The notes below the pieces were generated by a model, which saw nothing but the letters and a program-made list of their open reading frames with translations, searched no databases and was not told where the DNA came from. Positions 14,704 through 30,100 of a stretch of DNA of 64,000 nt are shown here, one piece after another. Origin of the DNA: Eledone cirrhosa. Taxonomy: Eukaryota. Where the stretch lies: positions 289,416,001 to 289,480,000 of the forward strand of contig OZ024741.1 of the NCBI GenBank assembly GCA_964016885.1. The letters run 5' to 3'. How positions within the stretch are numbered: the first letter of the stretch is position 1; every line of letters starts with the position of its first letter. A program made the translations under genes and the position numbers.

Positions 14704-15704
14704 TACATACATACATACATACATACATACATACATACATACATACATGCGTACATACATGCATACATACATACATTCTTACATACATACATATATACAT
14801 ACATACTTATATACTTCCGCACATACATACATGCAGGCATGCATGCATTCATACATACATACATACTTACATGTATACATACATTCATATATACATGCAG
14901 ACATACATACGTGCATGCTTGTATACAAGCATAGAAGCATAAATAAATGCGTACTTGCATACATAAGAAAAGACAAAGGAACGAAAACTGTTTAGGACGT
15001 TGTCAGATTAGCATAGTCACGTGACATATCGAATTGATCTTCGACCAGGATTAAGTGCCCTCTACCGGAAGCTGCCAGTCTGAGCGGTTTCTCTTAATGA
15101 AGAGCTTAACATTTAGCCCAAGCGTTTAGAGCTCCGCTAATATATGCATTGATAAGCAGCCATTTTTTTTTTCGCATTCTACATACATTCATTTTCTACT
15201 ATTACTAAAATCCTAACAAATAACACCATGATCATCAGCATCACCATCACTATCAACAAGCAGACCGTTACCCTCATCACCAACAATAGCAACAAAACAA
15301 TAAGAATATTAAAAAGAAACCTCGTTGTCACCACTATCGCTATCACCACAAATACCACTTTCACTTTCATTCATCATAGCAAAAACCATCACTACCAACA
15401 CCAAGTTGACCACCGCCATTCTCTTTCTTACCAGCAGAACGAATACCCCCCCCCCCCCCACTCCCTCCACACACACACACCACAAGCAACACAACGACGA
15501 CTTAGACCAACAACCTCCATCTCCTCCACACCACCACCAATAACAACAACAACAACAACATTACCAGCATCACAAAGCTAGAAACATTACTAACATCTCA
15601 CCACCAACATAAACGCCACAGCCATTATTAGCATCGCAAACACCCATATCACAAACCTGTGTACCGTCGTCAATAGCACCTCTACCGCCACTCTACCAAC
15701 ACCA

Positions 15705-16495
15705 CCACCACCACCACCACCCGCAGCAGCAGCTCCATCACCACCACTATAACCACCACCACCACCACCACCACCACCACCACCAGCACCAGCATCAGCA
15801 ACACCACCACCAACAACACCACCATCGCCACCACCACCACTATCAACACCATCGCCGCTACCACCAACACCAACACCACCATCAGCAGCAGCAGCACCAC
15901 CACCACCACCACCACCACCACCACCAGCACCAGCATCAGCACCACCAACACCACCACCATCACCACCACCATCGCCACTATCAACACCATCGCCACTATC
16001 AACACCATCGCCACCACCACTACCACCACCACCAGTAGCAACACCACCACCACCACCACCACCACCAGCACCAGCATCAGCACCACCAACACCACCACCA
16101 TCACCACCACCACCAACACCACCATCGCCACCACCACTACCACCACCACCAGTAGCAACACCACCACCACCACCACCAGCATCAGCACCACCAACACCAC
16201 CACCATCACCACCAACACCACCACCACCATCGCCATTATCAACACCATCGCCACCACCACTACCACCACCACCAGTAGCAACACCACCACCACCATCACC
16301 ACCAACACCACCACCACCACCACCAACAACACCACCACCACCACCAACACCATCACCACCAACACCATCGCCACTATCAACACCATCGCCACCACCACTA
16401 CCGCCATCAGTAGCAACACCACCACCAACACCACCAACACCACCACCATCACCACCAACACCACCACCACCACCGCCACCACCACCATCACAAAC
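15705..16495. repeat. Degenerate (CAC/CAG/CAT/CAA)n triplet array with internal higher-order duplication
   Basis: Seen directly. It produces a spurious poly-Val ORF. Confidence 0.9.
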
Positions 16496-16820
16496 ACATG
16501 CAGAAAGCCATCTTAGACTGCCCCCAAAAGGCCATTTAACTTACCAGAACAACTCAAATGTTAGGGCCACCGATATACCACCACCCATTCTACACTTTCC
16601 CACACACACTTCTAAACTAAATCAAACACACATGGAAATACACACACACACACACACACACATACACAACAGGATAAACACACACACATACCAAAATAAA
16701 ATAAAAAAAACGATCGAGCTACACACACGGAAGGATAATACACACTGATATTACATACAGAAATACACGCAACTTCACGAACATCTTCAATACACAATCC
16801 CGCGTGCATACACACACACA

Positions 16821-16875
<55 letters not shown>

Positions 16876-17210
16876 CCTCACGCGAGCAACAGAAAATAAA
16901 AACAACACGAAAAAAGTCATTAAAAAAATCACCGTAGATATTTACGACTCCGCGAATATGCGGTTATTTCTACGAACAATTATTAGTTAGGTTCTAAGGA
17001 ATGTCGAGACCACGAATGCCAGGGGTACACTGTATATATGAAATGAAGCTGAATCGGTTTTTGGTGGCAGAGGTGTCCTTTGTAAGGTCTGCGTGGCAAG
17101 ATCAAATTTGCTTTTCCAGATTCCGTGGACAAGAAAATACTGAACCAGTCAAGTACTGGGATCTATTTAACTCCGAGAACATTTGGAGAAGTTCTATTTT
17201 GATCTGTGAA

Positions 17211-17403
17211 ATAATTGTTTCTACTTTTGGCACAAGGCCATCAGTTAACCAGTACATTACTGGTACTTTATTTTATCGACCCCGCACTTTATTTTATCGA
17301 CCCCGCAAAGTTAACCTCGGCGGGATTTGAACTGAGACCGTAAAGGGACGTAACTATGCTGGAAAGCATGGCGTCCGACTCTCTACTGATACTGCCAATC
17401 CAC
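17211..17403 (-). mobile_element. tRNA-derived SINE copy with a 21-bp internal tandem duplication
   Basis: Reverse complement of 5451-5647. ACTTTATTTTATCGACCCCGC is duplicated in place of TAAGGATGAAAGG. Confidence 0.85.
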
Positions 17404-17913
17404 AATAATGTACTCTTCAGTTTCGTGTACTTGGTATGTTTAGTGTCTGTCATTGATTGTTTGATGTTCACAGAGTGATGTTATACAGCAATCAAATGAA
17501 GTCTTAACTAATCTTAAGTCTATACCACTTCTCTCTTTTCAGACAATTTATGTTAATATCACTAATTTCATAGGAGTTTCCAGTAATACTAAAAGTCTTG
17601 CGAATTTTGATGTGTGTGTGCATGTAGTTGTATGTATGTATGTATGTATGTATGTATGTATGTATGTATGTATGTATGTATGTATGTATGTATGTGTGTG
17701 TGTGTCTGTGTGTGTGTGTGTGTGTATGTGTGTGTGTGTATACATGTGTGTATGCATTTATATATGTATGCATGTATATGTATGTATATATTTATGTATG
17801 TATGTATTTATATATGTATATGTGTGTGTATATATATATGAATATATATATATATTTATATATTATGGAATACTGTTTTGCTTCTTGCTACAATACTTTC
17901 TATACCTTTCATT

Positions 17914-17954
<41 letters not shown>

Positions 17955-18005
17955 AAATATATATTTATATATATATATACATATATATATTTATATATAT
18001 ATATT

Positions 18006-18118
<113 letters not shown>

Positions 18119-18672
18119 GTATGTATTTATATTTATGTATGTGCTTCTGTGTGTGAATATATCTGCTAAGATAAGATAGGAAATGACGCTTCCTCAAAAT
18201 GGTGTTTTTCTTTAGATACAAACCTTTGATAATATCACACAACCTCTTATATTTATACAACTTCACTGTCTCAGACAGATTTATTTGAATTTAGGCAATA
18301 AAGAGTTTTTAATATTTATATTCATTTTCAAAACGAACCATCAGCAACACCATTGCCCACCATTGCCCACCATTGCCCACCATTGCCCACCATACAATTC
18401 CCAACACCACCGACAGCTTCGTCATCAAATGCACCATGTTTCAGATCACCTTTGTTATTGTTGCTGTTGTTACCACTACAGTTGTTGTTGTTGTTGTTAA
18501 CGTCGTTGTTGTGGTTTTTGTTGTCGCTGATATTGTTCTCTTCTTCTTCTTCTTCTTCTTCTTCTTCTTCTTCTTCTTCTTCTTCTTTATCATTATCATC
18601 ACCATTTCTGTCTGTTAGGAAGCATTATTAATATATTTTTTCTTTCTCATATCCTCGCCATCATCATTAAGC

Positions 18673-18714
<42 letters not shown>

Positions 18715-18715
18715 A

Positions 18716-18751
<36 letters not shown>

Positions 18752-19154
18752 CAGCAGCAGCAATTTTATAGCCTTCGTTTTTAGTGATTGATATAAGTTA
18801 AAGGACACAAGTAGACGAAAACAAAAAACAAAAAAATGAGGAAAGGAAACATTTACCAACTACACACATGCTTCCGGTCTTTGAAAACGTTCACTTCCTG
18901 TCCCGTGTATGGAAAGGATGGTTGGGTGTGATAAAAACACTTTAATCACTGATGCCCTTGTTTTACTTTTATTTCCGAATTTTCTCTATTTTTATTTTAC
19001 AAATGATAAACGTAAAATAGTCAATAAAAATAGGAAAAAGGTAATGTTTAAGAATTTTTTGGAGGACGATTTTGAAGTGGAAATATGTTTGTGAAGCAGC
19101 TGTTGGTAGGGTCATCTGTTCTGGCAAATATACTTACCTATCACCCTTTCTCGC

Positions 19155-19965
<811 letters not shown>

Positions 19966-19978
19966 ATTGGTTATTGGC

Positions 19979-20156
19979 TTCTACAGGACTAGAACTGTTT
20001 CATTCGAAGGAAATCATCAGGAAACCCCGGATTTCCTGATGATTTCTTTCGAATGAAACATTACTAGTCCTGTAGAAACTATTTATAATCTTGTAAATAC
20101 TCTACTATGCATTGAATATCTTACTTACTGTGCTTACCTCCGATTGAACCCGGGAC
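19979..20156 (+). mobile_element. Fold-back element with hammerhead-like core (family B, copy 1)
   Basis: Inverted arms at 19979-20024 and 20032-20077. TTTC-CTGATGA-TTTCTTTCGAAT-GAAA-CA..TG-TA-GAAA at 20032-20078. The tail is homologous to the reverse complement of 61188-61236. Confidence 0.6.
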
Positions 20157-20174
20157 TCACACACACACACACAC

Positions 20175-20260
<86 letters not shown>

Positions 20261-21447
20261 TGCAACCAAATGAAACAGTGCTGGCTGTGTAGAAGTCCTT
20301 CCTTAATATATTATTTATTACCTATACTTAATGTAAGGAGTGACGCAGTTAAGTGTAGACTCCACTCTTCCGCCATGGAAAGCCATAGAGGAAAAGTGAT
20401 AGGAAATTTTATCAATTTGATTTTTTATAGAGAATAATATCACCCGCTCCTACATACACTAACCGTTTTAATTCCATAGGTACTATTCATCCCTCGCATT
20501 CACTATTACCATGAAATATACCATCAACAATCCAATCAATACCACTTTTGCATTCTAGTTCGATCGATCAAAATTTCCAATGCTAGATCTTTTCAAAAAC
20601 CTACCCACTACGCCACCTCATTGCATCACGCCCCCCCCCCCCCAAAAAAAAATCCATATCACTCTGCAATACACCAGAAGATCACCTCAGAATACACTGC
20701 CACAACACACCTCTACTTCCACCAACATAAAACACCCAACAACACACCATCTTTACCGCCATTACAACACATCACAGTCACCGCCACCACCATCATCATA
20801 ACATCGCTATCAATACACCATATTTACAAAATACCACCATCACAACGTACTGCATCATCAGATTCAGATCACACTGACTCAACACACCACCACCACCACC
20901 ACCACCACCACCAACAACGACAACGATATAAAACCACTACAACCAACATACAACCATTACAACACAGCACCTTCACAACACACCACCACATCATAGCGGC
21001 CCTAAAACCTTTAAATGTAATCAAAGACAATTTAAAACTAGCTTCCTCTCTGATAGAGAATCGGAGACTCTGTGCTTGGAGAAGGAGAAAAGCTGGAGGC
21101 TAGGAAATCGTCAGCCATTTTCATAAGATAATAATTTTATAGACGTCGGTTTGAATAAGTACTGCTGTTGTTGCTGCTGCTGTTGCTGCCTCAATAGTTC
21201 TCCCCCCCCCTCTCTCTCTCCCAGTCGGCCATGATATTATCACATTGGCCAAGAGATTTCAGCCTCGGGGGGCTTCTGCTATCTTTATTAATGATCATCT
21301 TTAATAATATACTTACGCCCGCACACACACACACACACACACTTACACATACACATATTGGTACTCACACTCATACGCACACACACATAGACACACATAC
21401 ATGCACACATAAAAACACACACATAACCACACACGCACATACGCATA

Positions 21448-21519
<72 letters not shown>

Positions 21520-21912
21520 TATGTATGTATGTATGTATATATATAAACGCACACACACACAAAGATCGTACTTACATACATACACCAACAAACTCAAATA
21601 AAATCTTCGTACTTGCACACACAAACACACAGACACGTGACCACATAGTCACATACATACACACAAAAATACACACACAGAGATGGATGCATGACACATG
21701 CTCACTTTTATACACAGACACATACACTCAGACTGTAGCACTCCACCATACACACTCACACACCACCAATATAGACAGACTTAAACACATACACAATCGC
21801 GAACATATTCACACAAATTCACACTTATATACATACATACAAAAGCACATGTCTGCAAACACACACACGCACACACACACACACTCACGCGCACACACAC
21901 GCACACACACAG

Positions 21913-21954
<42 letters not shown>

Positions 21955-22240
21955 TTATATAATAATGACGATGAGGATGGTGAAGGCTGTGGTGATGTTC
22001 ACGGCGGTCATCGTCATTACCCTCGACCCGATGATGTTGATGATGATGTTGATGATGATGTTGATGATGATGGTGATGGTGGTGGTGGTGGTGGTGGTGG
22101 TGCTTGTGGTAGTGGGGATGATACTCATATCGATGATGACGGGGTAGTGATACTGGTAATGGTGGTGATGAGGTTGCTGATGTTAATGAAAGCCGTGCTG
22201 CTGGTGATGATGATGAGTACGTCAGTGGTGGTGATCGTGT

Positions 22241-22278
<38 letters not shown>

Positions 22279-23191
22279 TCGTTAGGGGTGATGGTGATGA
22301 TTATTGTGATGCTGGGGATAGTTATGAAGAAGATGGTGATGATTATGGTGATGATGATGATGAGGAAGACAAGTCATGACGATGTTGTTCTTGTTGCGTA
22401 GGCCCCAGTCTTTACTGATTGAGTAAGCAAAGAATATTCTCGCCATGACTATCAGGTCAATTTCTAGAGCTATGATTGACCACCTTAAGTAACAAAGCCC
22501 TCTTATTAAGACAATGAGGTGAAATTTGCGAGAGATGATGCTGCTATTTCTAGCAGGTTCAGAATCCGTTTAGAATCATTTAAATTATTACGGGGTGATG
22601 GTGGTAGTGGTGTTGATATGAAAGCAAGATAACGGAATGAAAGAAGTACACTTTGCAATTTTTGCGTCCCGCATTCGATCCAACTGCTTCTTGTGTGTCA
22701 TTTACAATAACCTCTGATCGGCCCGTAGCTTGTATATGAAATTGGGGAGACGCAAATGATTCAAATTGTCAGCCTTATCACGCATTGTGTCATGCTGATT
22801 TTTTTTTTCAGAATTACGTTAACGGTACACGTGCCTGTGGGATACTCAGCCACTTAAACGTTAGGTTCATGACCAGGTAATCCTGTTGACTGAACAACTA
22901 CAACATTCATCATCGAAACCGACGGATGTTCATTCATAAGATGTTGATATATTTAACCCCAGGTCAGCTCAATGAGATCTGATTTATGATCAAAGCCATT
23001 CCGTCATTGAGTCTTCTCCAGCCATGTCGTTTAATGATATGTAGGACTATATAATGTAGTGTTATACCAAAGACACTATTTTTTGTAGGCACTCGCATTC
23101 ATTGTAATGTTGTATGGTAGGGACCAGTTGTGATGGCGTGTAGTGATGGTGATGGTTGTAATGATGATTGTGATGCAGTAATGTCCTTTGC

Positions 23192-23278
<87 letters not shown>

Positions 23279-23679
23279 TGTAATAATAGCACTAGTAGTT
23301 GTTGTAGTAGTAATAGTAGTGTTGGAGGTTGCGGTTGTGTTGGTGACAGTGGTAATGGTAGTGGTTGTCGTGATGGTTGTGATGGTGGTGATGGATTTCA
23401 ATATGGCGGTCAGGGCAGATGTTATTTAGATTTAGATCAGATCTGTGGATCTGCTTTCCAACAACTCTTTTAATCAGGTAGACACCTTAAATGTTATCAC
23501 ATAGTGGCTAGCTTATCCGAGTAGAATCTCTTGATTTTGTCGTTCAGTCATGATCGAATAGATCTCTATGAATCAGAAGAGTTCCTGTAATGAAACTATT
23601 CTCTATAATAGTAAAAGGATAATAGTATAATATTGGTTTCTTATACCAATAATAATAGTTTCTTATATGATAGTATAAT

Positions 23680-23851
23680 AGTTGATTCTACTTTTGGCAC
23701 AAGGCAAGCAAATTACCAAGTGCATTACTGGTACTTTATTTTATTGACCCGTAAGGATGAAAGGCAAAATAAATCTCGGCGGGGTTTGAACTCAGAATGG
23801 CAAGAACCGTAACTCTATGAGTCAAAGCATGGCGCCCGGCCCTCCACCGCC
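23680..23851 (-). mobile_element. Diverged tRNA-derived SINE copy, with a plus-strand fragment at ~23893-23975
   Basis: Matches the family body and end. Confidence 0.75.
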
Positions 23852-24194
23852 TTCTATGATAGTATAATAGTAAAAGGTTACATTATTTAATTAGTTACGG
23901 CCGTTTACGATCTAAGTACAAATCCTGCCAAGGTTAGCGTTGTCGATAAAAGAAAGTACCAGTAATGCACTGAGGCATATGTATTCGACCCCCCCCCCCC
24001 ATAAATCTGTAACCAACCATTATTTAATGGACTCTTTTTATTTCAAACAGTAATTTGTGATTTCAGATAAATGTTCCTACTATGTCTATGCGGAAAAAAA
24101 CAACATATATGCTCCCTTGTAATATCGTGGTAGAAATGTTTGTGTTAGGAATTGATGGTGATGGTGGGCTTTGTCCTGGTGACGGCGGTGGTAT

Positions 24195-27100
24195 TGATGG
24201 TAGTGTTTGTAGTTGTAGTAGTGATAGTGGTGGTGGTGGTAGTGATGGTAGTGTTTGTGGTTGTAGTAGTGATAGTGGTGGTGGTGGTAGTGTTGGTAGT
24301 GTTTGTGGTTGTAGTAGTGATAGTGGTGGTGGTGGTAGTGTTGGTAGTGTTTGTGGTTGTAGTAGTGATAGTGGTGGTGGTGGTAGTGTTGGTAGTGTTT
24401 GTGGTTGTAGTAGTGATAGTGGTGGTGGTGGTAGTGATGGTAGTGTTTGTGGTTGTAGTAGTGATAGTGGTGGTGGTGGTAGTGTTGGTAGTGTTTGTGG
24501 TTGTAGTAGTGATAGTGGTGGTGGTGGTAGTGTTGGTAGTGTTTGTGGTTGTAGTAGTTAAAGTGGTGGTGGTGGTAGTGATGGTAGTGTTTGTGGTTGT
24601 AGAAGTGAAGGTGGTGGTGGTGGTAGTGATGGTAGTGTTTGTGGTTGTAGTAGTGAAGGTGGTGGTGGTGGTAGTGATGGTAGTGTTTGTGGTTGTAGTA
24701 GTGAAGGTGGTGGTGGTGGTAGTGATGGTAGTGTTTGTGGTTGTAGTAGTGATAGTGGTGGTGGTGGTAGTGATGGTAGTGTTTGTGGTTGTAGTAGTGA
24801 AGGTGGTGGTGGTAGTGATGGTAGTGTTTGTGGTTGTAGTAGTGAAGGTGGTGGTGGTAGTGATGGTAGTGTTTGTGGTTGTAGTAGTGAAGGTGGTGGT
24901 GGTGGTAGTGATGGTAGTGTTTGTGGTTGTGGTAGTTAAAGTGGTGGTGGTGGTAGTGATGGTAGTGTTTGTGGTTGTAGTAGTGAAAGTGGTGGTGGTA
25001 GTGATGGTAGTGTTTGTGGTTGTAGTAGTGAAAGTGGTGGTGGTGGTAGTGATGGTAGTGTTTGTGGTTGTAGTAGTGAAAGTGGTGGTGGTGGTATTGA
25101 TGGTAGTGTTTGTGGTTGTAGTAGTGAAAGTGGTGGTGGTGGTAGTGATGGTAGTGTTTGTGGTTGTAGTAGTGATAGTGGTGGTGGTGGTAGTGTTGGT
25201 AGTGTTTGTGGTTGTAGTAGTGAAAGTGGTGGTGGTGGTATTGATGGTAGTGTTTGTGGTTGTAGTAGTGATAGTGGTGGTGGTGGTAGTGATGGTAGTG
25301 TTTGTGGTTGTAGTAGTGAAAGTGGTGGTGGTGGTATTGATGGTATTGTTTGTGGTTGTATTAGTGAAGGTGGTGGTGGTGGTATTGATGGTAGTGTTTG
25401 TGGTTGTAGTAGTGGTAGTGGTGGTGGTGGTAGTGATGGTAGTGTTTGTGGTTGTAGTAGTGATAGTGGTGGTGGTGGTAGTGATGGTAGTGTTTGTAGT
25501 TGTAGTAGTGAAGGTGGTGGTGGTGGTAGTGATAGTAGTGTTTGTAGTTGTAGTAGTGAAGGTGGTGGTGGTGGTAGTGATGGTAGTGTTTGTGGTTGTA
25601 GTAGTGATAGTGGTGGTGGTGGTAGTGATGGTAGTGTTTGTAGTTGTAGTAGTGAAAGTGGTGGTGGTGGTAGTGATGGTAGTGTTTGTGGTTGTAGTAG
25701 TGAAGGTGGTGGTGGTGGTAGTGATGGTAGTGTTTGTGGTTGTAGTAGTGATAGTGGTGGTGGTGGTAGTGATGGTAGTGTTTGTAGTTGTAGTAGTGAT
25801 AGTGGTGGTGGTGGTAGTGATGGTAGTGTTTGTGGTTGTAGTAGTGAAGGTGGTGGTGGTGGTAGTGATGGTAGTGTTTGTGGTTGTAGTAGTGATAGTG
25901 GTGGTGGTGGTAGTGATGGTAGTGTTTGTGGTTGTAGTAGTGAAGGTGGTGGTGGTGGTAGTGATGGTAGTGTTTGTGGTTGTAGTAGTGATAGTGGTGG
26001 TGGTGGTAGTGATGGTAGTGTTTGTAGTTGTAGTAGTGAAAGTGGTGGTGGTGGTAGTGATGGTAGTGTTTGTGGTTGTAGTAGTGAAAGTAGTGGTGGT
26101 GGTAGTGATGGTAGTGTTTGTGGTTGTAGTAGTGATAGTGGTGGTGGTGGTAGTGATGGTAGTGTTTGTGGTTGTAGTAGTGATAGTGGTGGTGGTGGTA
26201 GTGATGGTAGTGTTTGTGGTTGTAGTAGTGATAGTGGTGGTGGTGGTAGTGATGGTAGTGTTTGTGGTTGTAGTAGTGAAGGTGGTGGTGGTGGTAGTGA
26301 TGGTAGTGTTTGCGGTTGTAGTAGTGATAGTGGTGGTGGTGGTAGTGATGGTAGTGTTTGTAGTTGTAGTAGTGAAAGTGGTGGTGGTGGTAGTGATGGT
26401 AGTGTTTGTAGTTGTAGTAGTGAAAGTGGTGGTGGTGGTAGTGATGGTAGTGTTTGTGGTTGTAGTAGTGATAGTGGTGGTGGTGGTAGTGATGGTAGTG
26501 TTTGTGGTTGTAGTAGTGAAAGTGGTGGTGGTGGTATTGATTGTAGTGTTTGTGGTTGTAGTAGTGAAAGTGGTGGTGGTGGTAGTGATGGTAGTGTTTG
26601 TGGTTGTAGTAGTGAAAGTGGTGGTGGTGGTAGTGATGGTAGTGTTTGTGGTTGTAGTAGTGAAAGTGGTGGTGGTGGTAGTGATGGTAGTGTTTGTAGT
26701 TGTAGTAGCGATAGTGGTGGTGGTGGTAGTGATGGTAGTGTTTGTGGTTGTAGTAGTGAAAGTGGTGGTGGTGGTAGTGATGGTAGTGTTTGTGGTTGTA
26801 GTAGTGAAAGTAGTGGTGGTGGTAGTGATGGTAGTGTTTGTGGTTGTAGTAGTGATAGTGGTGGTGGTGGTAGTGATGGTAGTGTTTGTGGTTGTAGTAG
26901 TGATAGTGGTGGTGGTGGTAGTGATGGTAGTGTTTGTGGTTGTAGTAGTGAAGGTAGTGGTGGTGGTAGTGATGGTAGTGTTTGTGGTTGTAGTAGTGAA
27001 AGTGGTGGTGGTGGTAGTGATGGTAGTGTTTGTAGTTGTAGTAGTGAAAGTGGTGGTGGTGGTAGTGATGGTAGTGTTTGTAGTTGTAGTAGTGAAAGTG

Positions 27101-30100
27101 GTGGTGGTGGTAGTGATGGTAGTGTTTGTGGTTGTAGTAGTGATAGTGGTGGTGGTGGTAGTGATGGTAGTGTTTGTGGTTGTAGTAGTGAAAGTGGTGG
27201 TGGTGGTATTGATTGTAGTGTTTGTGGTTGTAGTAGTGAAAGTGGTGGTGGTGGTAGTGATGGTAGTGTTTGTGGTTGTAGTAGTGAAAGTGGTGGTGGT
27301 GGTAGTGATGGTAGTGTTTGTGGTTGTAGTAGTGATAGTGGTGGTGGTGGTAGTGATGGTAGTGTTTGTGGTTGTAGTAGTGAAAGTGGTGGTGGTGGTA
27401 GTGATGGTAGTGTTTGTGGTTGTAGTAGTGATAGTGGTGGTGGTGGTAGTGATGGTAGTGTTTGTGGTTGTAGTAGTGAAGGTGGTGGTGGTGGTAGTGA
27501 TGGTAGTGTTTGTAGTTGTAGTAGTGAAAGTGGTGGTGGTGGTAGTGATGGTAGTATTTGTAGTTGTAGTAGTGAAAGTGGTGGTGGTGGTAGTGATGGT
27601 AGTGTTTGTGGTTGTAGTAGTGATAGTGGTGGTGGTGGTAGTGATGGTAGTGTTTGTGGTTGTAGTAGTGAAAGTGGTGGTGGTGGTAGTGTTGGTAGTG
27701 TTTGTAGTTGTAGTAGTGAAGGTGGTGGTGGTGGTAGTGATGGTAGTATTTGTGGTTGTAGTAGTGGTAGTGGTGGTGGTAGTGATGGTAGTGTTTGTGG
27801 TTGTAGTAGTGATAGTGGTGGTGGTGGTAGTGATGGTAGTGTTTGTGGTTGTAGTAGTGGTAGTGGTGGTGGTGGTAGTGATGGTAGTGTTTGTGGTTGT
27901 AGTAGTGATAGTGGTGGTGGTGGTAGTGATGGTAGTGTTTATGGTTGTAGTAGTGATAGTGGTGGTGGTGGTAGTGTTGGTAGTGTTTGTGGTTGTAGTA
28001 GTGATAGTGGTGGTGGTGGTAGTGATGGTAGTGTTTGTGGTTGTAGTAGTGATAGTGGTGGTGGTGGTAGTGATGGTAGTGTTTGTGGTTGTAGTAGTGA
28101 TAGTGGTGGTGGTGGTAGTGATGGTAGTGTTTGTGGTTGTAGTAGTGATAGTGGTGGTGGTGGTAGTGATGGTAGTGTTTGTGGTTGTAGTAGTGATAGT
28201 GGTGGTGGTGGTAGTGATGGTAGTGTTTGTGGTTGTAGTAGTGATAGTGGTGGTGGTGGTAGTGTTGGTAGTGTTTGTGGTTGTAGTAGTGATAGTGGTG
28301 GTGGTGGTAGTGATGGTAGTGTTTGTGGTTGTAGTAGTGAAAGTGGTGGTGGTGGTAGTGATGGTAGTGTTTGTGGTTGTAGTAGTGAAAGTGGTGGTGG
28401 TGGTAGTGATGGTAGTGTTTGTGGTTGTAGTAGTGAAAGTGATGGTGGTGGTAGTGATGGTAGTGTTTGTGGTTGTAGTAGTGATAGTGGTGGTGGTGGT
28501 AGTGATGGTAGTGTTTGTGGTTGTAGTAGTGATAGTGGTGGTGGTGGTAGTGATGGTAGTGTTTGTGGTTGTAGTAGTGAAGGTGGTGGTGGTGGTAGTG
28601 ATGGTAGTGTTTGTGGTTGTAGTAGTGAAAGTGATGGTGGTGGTAGTGATGGTAGTGTTTGTGGTTGTAGTAGTGAAGGTGGTGGTGGTAGTGGTGGTAG
28701 TGTTTGTGGTTGTAGTAGTGAAGGTGGTAGTGGTGGTAGTGATGGTAGTGTTTGTGGTTGTAGTAGTGGTAGTGGTGGTGGTGGTAGTGATGGTAGTGTT
28801 TGTGGTTGTAGTAGTGATAGTGGTGGTGGTGGTAGAGTTGCTAGTGTTTGTGGTTGTAGTAGTGAGAGTGGTGGTGGTGGTAGTGATGGTAGTGTTTGTG
28901 GTTGTAGTAGTGATAGTGGTGGTGGTGGTGGTAGTGATGGTAGTGTTTGTGGTTGTAGTAGTGAAAGTGGTGGTGGTGGTATTGATGGTAGTGTTTGTGG
29001 TTGTAGTAGTGAAAGTGGTGGTGGTGGTAGTGATGGTAGTGTTTGTGGTTGTAGTAGTGAAAGTGGTGGTGGTGGTAGTGATGGTAGTGTTTGTGGTTGT
29101 AGTAGTGAAAGTGGTGGTGGTGGTAGTGATGGTAGTATTTGTGGTTGTAGTAGTGATAGTGGTGGTGGTGGTAGTGATGGTAGTGTTTGTGGTTGTAATA
29201 GTGATAGTGGTGGTGGTGGTAGTGATGGTAGTGTTTGTGGTTGTAGTAGTGAAAGTGGTGGTGGTGGTAGTGATGGTAGTGTTTGTGGTTGTAATAGTGA
29301 TAGTGGTGGTGGTGGTAGTGATGGTAGTGTTTGTGGTTGTAGTAGTGAAAGTGGTGGTGGTGGTAGTGAAGGTAGTGTTTGTGGTTGTAGTAGTGAAAGT
29401 GGTGGTGGTGGTAGTGATGGTAGTGTTTGTGGTTGTAGTAGTGAAAGTGGTGGTGGTGGTAGTGATGGTAGTGTTTGTGGTTGTAGTAGTGATAGTGGTG
29501 GTGGTGGTAGTGATGGTAGTGTTTGTGGTTGTAGTAGTGAAAGTGGTGGTGGTGGTGGTGGTAGTGTTTGTGGTTGTAGTAGTGAAAGTGGTGGTGGTGG
29601 TAGTGATGGTAGTGTTTGTGGTTATAGTAGTTAAAGTGGTGGTGGTGGTAGTGATGGTAGTGTTTGTGGTTGTAGTAGTGAAAGTGGTGGTGGTAGTGAT
29701 GGTAGTGTTTGTGGTTGTAGTAGTGAAAGTGGTGGTGGTGGTAGTGATGGTAGTGTTTGTAGTTGTAGTAGTGATAGTGGTGGTGGTGGTAGTGAAGGTA
29801 GTGTTTGTGGTTGTAGTAGTGAAAGTGGTGGTGGTGGTAGTGAAGGTAGTGTTTGTGGTTGTAGTAGTGAAAGTGGTGGTGGTGGTAGTGATGGTAGTGT
29901 TTGCTGTTGTAGTAGTGAAAGTGGTGGTGGTGGTAGTGATGGTAGTGTTTGTGGTTGTAGTAGTGAAAGTGGTGGTGGTGGTAGTGATGGTAGTGTTTGT
30001 GGTTGTAGTAGTGATAGTGGTGGTGGTGGTAGTGATGGTAGTGTTTGTGGTTGTAGTAGTGAAAGTGGTGGTGGTGGTGGTGGTAGTGTTTGTGGTTGTA

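Noticed and set aside
15090-15133. Degenerate hammerhead-like motif (ATGAAGAGC...GCCCAAGCGTTTAGAG)
   Set aside because: Both conserved boxes are mutated, so the call is not supportable.
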